A DNA stretch of 45,030 bases from a virus (lineage: Duplodnaviria > Heunggongvirae > Uroviricota > Caudoviricetes). This document shows, piece by piece, positions 37,987 through 45,030 of this stretch. The notes under the pieces were generated by a model. It made no database searches. It had not been told where the DNA came from and saw nothing but the letters and a program-made list of their open reading frames with translations. Location of the stretch: the IMG/VR virus record IMGVR_UViG_2851949629_000008, positions 1-45,030 of that record, one strand, 5' to 3'. Both the position numbers and the translations under genes were made by a program. Positions within the stretch are counted from its first letter, which is position 1. Every line of letters starts with the position of its first letter.

Positions 37987-38624
37987 TGAGCAAGCAAACT
38001 ATATCTGAACGCATAACCCAACGTATGCATGCGCTAAACCTGAAAGGCAAAGACCTTGTCAATGGCACTGGCGCATCAAAAGGCTCCGTAAGTCAATGGA
38101 TGAACGGTGGAGGAGCGCCGTCCTCGCGTTACATAAGTTCACTGGCAAAAATATTGAAAGTAAACGAAAATTGGCTTCTTAATGGAGGAGAGTTAAATAC
38201 AGGTGATTCGCTTGATCTATCTTTACCGCCGATAAAAACGGTTCCGCTACTATCACTTCAGCAGGCAGCAAGCTGGAGTGATTATATGAAAAATTCCTCA
38301 ATAACCTCTTGTGTGCAGCTTGTCGGAGAAATCCCGGTCAATACCTTTGCAGTTGTTCTAGAGAGTGACAGTATGTCAACATCTGGTGGGGGAGTTTCCA
38401 TCCCAAATGGTTCAACAGTTTTTGTTGATCCCGATCGAACCGTACAACCAGGAAATATTGTCCTTGCCTTACCCAAAGGGACCACAACACCTGTCATTCG
38501 TAAACTGGAGATAGAAGGGCCGGATATTCTTTTAGTCCCCACGAATCCTCGCTACCCTTCAATTATGCTGGATGATCTATCTTGCATATTGGGCGTATGC
38601 TTTAAAATTCAACAAGATATTTAA
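37986..38624 (+). CDS. CI-like repressor (HTH plus S24 LexA-like peptidase domain)
   Basis: N-terminal HTH; C-terminal S24-like autocleavage domain; 212 aa. Confidence 0.8.
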   Translation: MSKQTISERITQRMHALNLKGKDLVNGTGASKGSVSQWMNGGGAPSSRYISSLAKILKVNENWLLNGGELNTGDSLDLSLPPIKTVPLLSLQQAASWSDYMKNSSITSCVQLVGEIPVNTFAVVLESDSMSTSGGGVSIPNGSTVFVDPDRTVQPGNIVLALPKGTTTPVIRKLEIEGPDILLVPTNPRYPSIMLDDLSCILGVCFKIQQDI

Positions 38625-38690
38625 CCAACCTCATCTATTTGATTAACTGTATGCCATCGTGGTGATGGCTTAACAGCTGCCTGCTTAAAA

Positions 38691-38737
38691 TGTTTTGATA
38701 AAAAAACATTGACCTGAAAAGTTCGTTTTTCTAAACT
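38691..38737 (+). promoter_or_regulatory. Candidate early-left promoter with adjacent operator
   Basis: TGTTTTgataaaAAAACA immediately followed by -35 TTGACC, 17-nt spacer, -10 TAAACT. Confidence 0.4.
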
Positions 38738-38916
38738 TCATTCATTCCCTCACCCCATCCTACAGAATGCAGGGCAATACTTCGAGTTACCAGGCAGTGG
38801 TCAGGGGTTAAGTAGCCAGCCCGAGGCGTAAGAACATGACGGCAGGGTTCAACTTTAATAACTATGCAGCAGGTTTTTGTTCCGCTACCCCGGCGTTAAG
38901 GGGAAATGAGGTCAAC

Positions 38917-39072
38917 ATGGATACTATCGATCTTGGCAACAACGAATCTCTGGTGTACGGCGTGTTTCCCAACCAGGACGGCACGTTCACCGCGATGACG
39001 TATACCAAAAGCAAAACGTTTAAAACCGAATCTGGAGCGCGTCGCTGGCTGGAAAGAAATTCAGGTGGGTGA
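38917..39072 (+). CDS. YdaF-like small protein (51 aa)
   Basis: MDTIDLGNNESLVYGVFPNQDGTFTAMTYTKSK... resembles Rac YdaF; SD GAGG upstream. Confidence 0.55.
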   Translation: MDTIDLGNNESLVYGVFPNQDGTFTAMTYTKSKTFKTESGARRWLERNSGG

Positions 39073-39073
39073 T

Positions 39074-39202
39074 ATGGATTTCGACACAATCATGGAAAAG
39101 GCTTACGAAGAATACTTCGAAGGCCTTGCCGAAGGCGAAGAAGCTCTCAGCTTCAGTGAATTTAAACAGGCGCTTTCCAGTTCGGGAAAATCTAACGGCT
39201 GA
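39074..39202 (+). CDS. YdaG-like small protein (42 aa; not in ORF track)
   Basis: MDFDTIMEKAYEEYFEGLAEGEEALSFSEFKQALSSSGKSNG resembles Rac YdaG; the listed 39069-39278 ORF is in a different frame. Confidence 0.5.
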   Translation: MDFDTIMEKAYEEYFEGLAEGEEALSFSEFKQALSSSGKSNG

Positions 39203-39231
39203 TAAGCGAAACAGCACCGCGAGGAATCAGT

Positions 39232-39450
39232 ATGCAGAAACGAGAACCCGTCATCATCGCGCCAGACTATACCGATGATGAACTTTATGAGTGGATGCGC
39301 CAGAAAATTAATGCAGCGCAGGATCTGAAATGGGCCAATGAAGCCAGGACTAAGCAGGCTGAAAATCTGTCCGCTCTGGAGCAGGATATCACCAGGCTGG
39401 AAAAAGCAGCGGCATTAAGCATTGCCAGAATGGTTACATACCCACGTTAA
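39232..39450 (+). CDS. Hypothetical early protein
   Basis: 72 aa ORF in the early-left operon. Confidence 0.35.
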   Translation: MQKREPVIIAPDYTDDELYEWMRQKINAAQDLKWANEARTKQAENLSALEQDITRLEKAAALSIARMVTYPR

Positions 39451-39472
39451 TAGCTAACCAACGAGGCTAATA

Positions 39473-39874
39473 ATGGAATTTAAAGATTTACCAATGCCAT
39501 TCCAGGAAATGGCAGCGAATGTGGTTCGCTCTCAACTGGCGACTCTTGACCTGAGTACTGTAGAAAAGGAAACCATCGATACTATATCCGGTAACGTGCG
39601 TCGTGCCTTTATAGGTCTGTATGAAGAGAAGCGCCTATTCGGCGGACAGAATTTGCCTGAAAACAAGAATCAAGCAAATGATGAGAAGCTGAAACACATT
39701 ATCGCCTTACTTTTGGAAGACGCAAAACGTCTACAGCAACTGGAACCAAATGCAGGCACAGAGGCCCGCATTTGGATTGCCATGAAATCACTCAAATGTG
39801 AAAGCAGTGATTATTTCAAAACAACAATTAAAACTACTCAACTTTCGGGAGAGCTACTGAAGAAATTGCCATAA
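39473..39874 (+). CDS. Hypothetical early protein
   Basis: 133 aa ORF with SD GAGG upstream. Confidence 0.4.
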   Translation: MEFKDLPMPFQEMAANVVRSQLATLDLSTVEKETIDTISGNVRRAFIGLYEEKRLFGGQNLPENKNQANDEKLKHIIALLLEDAKRLQQLEPNAGTEARIWIAMKSLKCESSDYFKTTIKTTQLSGELLKKLP

Positions 39875-40151
39875 GAGCATGGTCTTTCTCTTGTTCTGCA
39901 AGATGAGCATTAATACCTGGTATGGTTTTTTCAAATTTATCTATCTGTTGAATAACAACTTCGCGGTATACGTTTGTTTTTGTACCACCAAGCGCAGCCG
40001 TTAATGCAGAAAGCATATTTAGTATCATATCAGTGCGATATGAAAGAATCCTGATAGCTTCATCTTGTTTTTCAATAATAGATTGCAGGGCCTCAATTTG
40101 CTTTTTATCCATTTCACCCTCCTGAGGGTTGGTAATTAAGGAGTTCTCCAC
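39834..40151 (-). CDS. Hypothetical coiled-coil protein on the opposite strand
   Basis: 105 aa; overlaps the 3' end of the upstream plus-strand gene. Confidence 0.3.
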   Translation of the reverse strand: MENSLITNPQEGEMDKKQIEALQSIIEKQDEAIRILSYRTDMILNMLSALTAALGGTKTNVYREVVIQQIDKFEKTIPGINAHLAEQEKDHALMAISSVALPKVE

Positions 40152-40500
40152 GGGTCAGGTGGAGTGCGTGCGCCGGACACGGGTGAACATCCGGCACTGA
40201 CAGTTTACTGAAAGGATATGTCCCTGAAAAGTCAGGGCATAACGCGAAAGCGCACGGCGAAATTGGTCTCTCTGTACGGTGTCGTTAAATTTAGTTCGAC
40301 CGTGCGCTTCCGGTTGTGGCAATCCGCGAAATGGCGCGGCGGTAAGTATGGCGGGGTTATTCCTTCCCCGTTGAGGACACCGGGTTGTCAGGTTGACCAT
40401 ACGCTTAAGTGACAACCCCGCTGCAACGCCCTCTGTTATCAATTTTCTGGTGACGTTTGGCGGTATCAGTTTTACTCCGTGACTGCTCTGCCGCCGTTTT
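40152..40500 (+). ncRNA. Candidate structured noncoding RNA region (GC-rich, multiple hairpins)
   Basis: Stems CCCTGA/TCAGGG, CCGCG/CGCGG, GGGTTGTCA/TGACAACCC, GGCGG/CCGCC followed by GTTTTTAAAG; ORFs here are Arg-rich and implausible; strand is uncertain. Confidence 0.3.
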
Positions 40501-40670
40501 TAAAGTGAATTTTGTGATGCGGTGAATGCGGCTGAGCGCACGCGGAACAGTTAAAACCAAAAACAGTGTTATGGGTGGATTCTCTGTATCCGGCGTTAAT
40601 TGTTAACTGGTTAACGTCACCTGGAGGCACCAGGCACTGCATCACAAAGTTCATTGTTGAGGACGCGATA

Positions 40671-40859
40671 ATGAAAACGTTATTACCAAACGTTAATACG
40701 TCTGAAGGTTGTTTTGAAATTGGTGTCACTATCAGTAACCCAGTATTTACTGAAGATGCCATTAACAAGAGAAAACAAGAACGGGAGCTATTAAATAAAA
40801 TATGCATTGTTTCAATGCTGGCTCGTTTACGTCTGATGCCAAAAGGATGTGGACAATGA
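40671..40859 (+). CDS. Hypothetical small protein (62 aa)
   Basis: SD GAGGA 7 nt upstream of the ATG; ATGA-coupled to the next ORF. Confidence 0.4.
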   Translation: MKTLLPNVNTSEGCFEIGVTISNPVFTEDAINKRKQERELLNKICIVSMLARLRLMPKGCGQ

Positions 40860-41047
40860 ATTCAGCATTTGCGCTTGTTCTGACAGTTTTTCTTGTTTCC
40901 GGAGAGCCAGTTGATATTGCAGTCAGTGTTCACAGGACAATGCAGGAGTGTATGACTGCAGCAACCGAACAGAAAATTCCCGGTAACTGTTACCCGGTCG
41001 ATAAAGTTATTCACCAGGATAATATCGAAATCCCGGCAGGTCTTTAA
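40855..41047 (+). CDS. Small Cys-containing protein with N-terminal signal-like segment (63 aa)
   Basis: MNSAFALVLTVFLVSG...; translationally coupled to the upstream ORF. Confidence 0.4.
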
Positions 41048-41140
41048 AACAGTTCCGTAATAAATATCCGGTTTCATTCTTATATGCCAGCAATGGCAGG
41101 GATTTGTTCATCCTTAAATCTGTCATGAGGTTAAAACAAA

Positions 41141-43612
41141 ATGAGTAAAGTCTTTATTTGCGCCGCTATTCCTGACGAACTGGCAACAAGGGAAGAAGGC
41201 GCTGTGGCTGTAGCCACAGCCATTGAAGCTGGCGACGAACGCCGTGCACGAGCAAAATTTCACTGGCAATTCCTGGAACATTATCCGGCTGCTCAGGACT
41301 GCGCTTATAAATTTATTGTCTGCGAGGATAAACCTGGCATACCCCGCCCTGCCCTCGATTCATGGGATGCTGAATATATGCAGGAAAACCGCTGGGATGA
41401 GGAGTCTGCTTCTTTTGTTCCGGTTGAGACTGAATCCGATCCGATGAACGTCACTTTTGACAAGCTGGCCCCTGAAGTACAGAACGCTGTCATGGTTAAG
41501 TTCGACACATGTGAAAACATCACCGTTGATATGGTTATTAGCGCACAGGAATTGTTGCAGGAAGACATGGCAACATTCGACGGACATATCGTTGAAGCGT
41601 TGATGAAAATGCCAGAAGTTAACGCCATGTATCCGGAGCTTAAGTTGCACGCCATTGGGTGGGTTAAGCATAAATGTATTCCTGGTGCTAAATGGCCCGA
41701 AATTCAGGCAGAGATGCGCATCTGGAAAAAACGTCGCGAAGGTGAACGCAAGGAAACCGGAAAATACACGTCTGTTGTTGATCTCGCCCGCGCCAGAGCC
41801 AATCAACAGTACACTGAAAATTCAACAGAAAAAATCAGCCCGGTCATTGCTGCCATTCATCGCGAATACAAGCAGACATGGAAAACACTGGATGACGAAC
41901 TGGCCTACGCTCTCTGGCCTGGTGATGTGGATGCCGGAAACATTGACGGCAGCATCCATCGCTGGGCAAAAAATGAAGTTATCGACAACGACCGCGAAGA
42001 CTGGAAGCGTATCTCGGCATCGATGCGCAAACAGCCTGATGCCCTTCGCTACGACCGCCAGACTATTTTTGGCCTTGTCCGTGGACGTCCGATCGACATT
42101 CACAAAGATCCTGTGGCACTGAACGAATACATTACTGAATACCTGACTACAAAGGGCGTGTTTGAAGATGAAGGAACAAATCAGAGCGCAACTGATACTC
42201 TCTCGTCGCCAGTACCAGAAACTGATGCAGTGGAAACGGCAATTCCGGACAACGAAAAAACCGAATGCAAAGTGGAAGTCGAACCATCTGTAGAGCGTGA
42301 GGGGCCGTTCTACTTCCTCTTCACCGACAAGGATGGCGAAAAATACGGTCGCGCAAACAAACTTTCTGGTCTGGATAAGGCGCTGGCTGCCGGGGCTACT
42401 GAAATCACGAAAGAAGAATATTTCGCCCGCAAAAACAGTACATACTCAGGTTCACAACAAAATACTGGTGCATCTGACACGACCGCACAGCCAGAACCGG
42501 TAAAAGTTACCGCTGACGAAGTAAACAAAATTATGCAGGCAGCCAATATCAGCCAGCCTGACGCCGATAAGTTGCTTGCTGCATCACGTGGTGAATTTAT
42601 TGAAGGGATTAGCGACCCGAATGATCCGAAATGGGTTAAGGGGATCCAGACCCGCGATACTGTGAACCAGAACCAGCAAGAAACGGAACAGAACGACCAG
42701 AAAGCGGAACAAAACAGCCCAAATACGCAACAAAACGAGCCAGAAACGAAACAACCTGAACCAGTAGTGCAACAGGAACCGGAAAAAATCTGCACCGCCT
42801 GCGGTCAGAGCGGTGGTGGCAACTGCCCTGATTGTGGTGCGGTGATGGGCGACGCAACATACCAGGAAACATTCGATGACAAGAACCAGGTTGAAGTTCA
42901 GGAAGACGATTCGGAGAAAATGGAAGGCGCTGAACACCCACACAAGGAGAATGCTGGCAGCGCTCAGGATCACGCCAGCGATAGTGAAACTGGCGAGACG
43001 GCAGATCCCTTAATTACGGTGAACGGTCATCGCGTTATCACATCCACCAGCAGGACGTGTGACCATCTAATGATCGACCTTGAAACCATGGGAAAAAATC
43101 CTGATGCCCCGATTATCTCAATAGGTGCAATATTTTTCGATCCGCAAACCGGAGATATGGGACCGGAATTTAGTAAGACTATCGATCTGGAAACTGCTGG
43201 CGGAGTCATTGATCGTGACACCATTAAATGGTGGCTTAAGCAATCACGCGAGGCGCAATCTGCCATTATGACCGATGAAATCCCGTTAGATGATGCACTG
43301 TTACAATTGCGGGAATTTATCGACGAAAACTCCGGTGAATTTTTTGTTCAGGTCTGGGGAAATGGAGCCAACTTCGACAACACGATTTTGCGCCGTTCAT
43401 ACGAACGGCAGGGGATCCCCTGCCCGTGGCGTTACTACAACGATCGCGATGTACGCACAATCGTTGAGCTGGGGAAAGCCATAGACTTCGATGCCAGAAC
43501 GGCTATTCCATTCGAAGGTGAGCGCCATAATGCACTTGATGACGCCCGTTACCAGGCAAAATACGTTTCAGTTATCTGGCAAAAACTGATCCCGAGTCAG
43601 GCTGATTTTTAA
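41141..43612 (+). CDS. RecE-like protein with a C-terminal DnaQ-like (DEDDh) 3'-5' exonuclease domain
   Basis: Middle region (LLAASRGEF..DGISDPNDPKWVKGIQTRD...CGQ.GG.NCPDCGAVMGDATYQETFD) matches Rac RecE as recalled; the C-terminal ~220 aa carry MIDLETMG, GNGANFD and HNALDDA exonuclease motifs. Confidence 0.75.
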   Translation: MSKVFICAAIPDELATREEGAVAVATAIEAGDERRARAKFHWQFLEHYPAAQDCAYKFIVCEDKPGIPRPALDSWDAEYMQENRWDEESASFVPVETESDPMNVTFDKLAPEVQNAVMVKFDTCENITVDMVISAQELLQEDMATFDGHIVEALMKMPEVNAMYPELKLHAIGWVKHKCIPGAKWPEIQAEMRIWKKRREGERKETGKYTSVVDLARARANQQYTENSTEKISPVIAAIHREYKQTWKTLDDELAYALWPGDVDAGNIDGSIHRWAKNEVIDNDREDWKRISASMRKQPDALRYDRQTIFGLVRGRPIDIHKDPVALNEYITEYLTTKGVFEDEGTNQSATDTLSSPVPETDAVETAIPDNEKTECKVEVEPSVEREGPFYFLFTDKDGEKYGRANKLSGLDKALAAGATEITKEEYFARKNSTYSGSQQNTGASDTTAQPEPVKVTADEVNKIMQAANISQPDADKLLAASRGEFIEGISDPNDPKWVKGIQTRDTVNQNQQETEQNDQKAEQNSPNTQQNEPETKQPEPVVQQEPEKICTACGQSGGGNCPDCGAVMGDATYQETFDDKNQVEVQEDDSEKMEGAEHPHKENAGSAQDHASDSETGETADPLITVNGHRVITSTSRTCDHLMIDLETMGKNPDAPIISIGAIFFDPQTGDMGPEFSKTIDLETAGGVIDRDTIKWWLKQSREAQSAIMTDEIPLDDALLQLREFIDENSGEFFVQVWGNGANFDNTILRRSYERQGIPCPWRYYNDRDVRTIVELGKAIDFDARTAIPFEGERHNALDDARYQAKYVSVIWQKLIPSQADF

Positions 43613-43676
43613 TGTTCAACCGTCGCCAGTTGTCGTTGATATTCTGCAACTGGCGCGTTCCGGAGTGATAGCCATG

Positions 43677-43943
43677 AGCGAACAGTACCTGATAACGCTC
43701 GACGAGTGGAAACCAAAACGGTTCAGTCTCCCAATAACAAACACTACCCTGGTGAAATACGGAAAACTAGGATACATCGTTCCAAGACCACAAAAAATTC
43801 GTGGGCGTTGGCTGATAGATCGCCGAGCAGTATTTGTTGGGCCTGGTGAAACGGGAATTGCGCCGGAAATTCATACTGGCGATGATGATGCACTGAAGGA
43901 GATTTTAACTCATGTCACCGAGGCCACGAAAAAACAGCACTGA
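43677..43943 (+). CDS. xis: Excisionase (Xis-like)
   Basis: Small basic protein immediately upstream of and overlapping int. Confidence 0.6.
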   Translation, partial: SEQYLITLDEWKPKRFSLPITNTTLVKYGKLGYIVPRPQKIRGRWLIDRRAVFVGPGETGIAPEIHTGDDDALKEILTHVTEATKKQH

Positions 43944-45030
43944 CGTAGCCGGTCTTTACGAAAAGTTTGATCGCAGAACTGGCAGAGTTTACTACCAGTA
44001 TAAAAATCCTGTGACTGGAAAATTTCACGGACTCGGAACAGACAAAGGTAAGGCAGAAAAAATCGCTTCCACAGCCAATCAGCGAATAGCTGCAGCAGAA
44101 GCTGAATATTTCATGCGCAAAATTGATGAAAGTCCGTCAGCAACAAAACGTCGGGGTATCAGATTAAAGGCATGGGTTGATCGATATCTGAAAATACAGG
44201 ACACGCGACTGAAAAATGGAGATATTGCAGCTACAACTCACAAAGAAAAAACTCGAATGGCTGCATACCTGGTTTCCCGTCTGGGAAACCACCCATTGAA
44301 AGAACTGGAAGTAAGAGACTTTGCATTAATACTGGATGAGTGGCTGGATAAAGACATGGTCAGCACAGCGAGAGTAAATCGTGGATTATGGGTTGATATT
44401 TATAAAGAAGCACAGCATGCAGGGGAAGTTCCTCCTGGATGGAATCCTCCGGAGGCTACCCGTAAACCGATCCCTAAAGTAACCAGAGCTAGGCTCACCA
44501 TGGAAGACTGGCAAAAAATTTACAATGCAACGCCTGAAAAACACTTTATCCGTAACGCAATGCTTCTTGCGATTGTTACTGGTCAGCGCCGTGATGACAT
44601 TTGCCACATGCGTTTTTCAGATGTGTGGAACGAACACTTGCATATCACCCAGGGAAAAACCGGAATGCGTCTGGCGTTACCGCTTACACTACGCTGTGAT
44701 GCCATTGGGATAACGTTAAAAGAAGTTATTGATGGGTGCCGAGACAGAATATTAAGTCCATATCTAATCCATAGTCGGCACCAGAAACAACCGAAGCCGA
44801 TGAGTAAAGACAACCTGAGCGACTACTTTGCCAAAGCACGGGATCTGGCTGGGATAATTCCACCAGCAGGAAAAACTCCGCCAACATTTCATGAACAACG
44901 CTCTCTATCAGAACGGCTGTACCGTGCACAGGGTATCGATACAAAAACATTACTAGGACATAAAGTCCAGGCAACCACCGATCGCTATAACGATACTCGA
45001 GGTCAGGAATGGGTTAAGTTGGTTATTTGA
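43912..45030 (+). CDS. int: Tyrosine integrase (lambda Int family)
   Basis: C-terminus FHEQRSLSERLY...LLGHK...DRYNDTRGQEW closely resembles lambda Int (HELRSLSARLY...LLGHK...YRDDRGREW); stop at the window end. Confidence 0.9.
   Translation: MSPRPRKNSTDVAGLYEKFDRRTGRVYYQYKNPVTGKFHGLGTDKGKAEKIASTANQRIAAAEAEYFMRKIDESPSATKRRGIRLKAWVDRYLKIQDTRLKNGDIAATTHKEKTRMAAYLVSRLGNHPLKELEVRDFALILDEWLDKDMVSTARVNRGLWVDIYKEAQHAGEVPPGWNPPEATRKPIPKVTRARLTMEDWQKIYNATPEKHFIRNAMLLAIVTGQRRDDICHMRFSDVWNEHLHITQGKTGMRLALPLTLRCDAIGITLKEVIDGCRDRILSPYLIHSRHQKQPKPMSKDNLSDYFAKARDLAGIIPPAGKTPPTFHEQRSLSERLYRAQGIDTKTLLGHKVQATTDRYNDTRGQEWVKLVI

Noticed and set aside
39069-39278. 69-aa ORF from the track
   Set aside because: Basic, low-complexity translation; a different frame encodes a YdaG-like 42-aa protein with a proper start.
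40155-40442. 95-aa minus ORF and 64-aa plus ORF (40218-40412) in the GC-rich structured segment
   Set aside because: Arg-rich junk-like translations without RBS; the region is better explained as structured RNA.

Overview
Near-complete lambdoid prophage of an Escherichia-type host in reverse orientation: int/xis sit at the high-coordinate end and the tail-fibre region at the low end. Read high to low: integrase, excisionase, a RecE-like exonuclease and small Rac-like early genes (ydaF/ydaG-like), a CI-like repressor facing a Cro-like (YdaS) and CII-like (YdaT) pair, an O-like initiator with internal iterons, nin-region genes and a QuuD-like Q. Then comes a cargo island: an AT-rich two-gene cassette (NdpA/YejK-like plus a membrane-anchored protein), IS150 inserted upstream of a hok toxin gene, a lipoprotein gene and a ParDE-like TA pair. 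Below that are DUF968, rusA, a second Q-like gene, four tRNAs, a phage-21/Qin-type lysis cassette, cos, terminase, portal, a ClpP-like protease/capsid fusion, and a lambda-type tail module (Z, U, V, G/T, H, M, L, K, I, J, lom). The window ends with a chimeric side tail fibre, tfa remnants and a methyltransferase-like cargo gene. All calls rest on reading the supplied ORF translations and sequence by eye against remembered family features; no database search was run. The strongest candidate for an undescribed system is the NdpA-like/membrane-protein cassette at 32237-34590.
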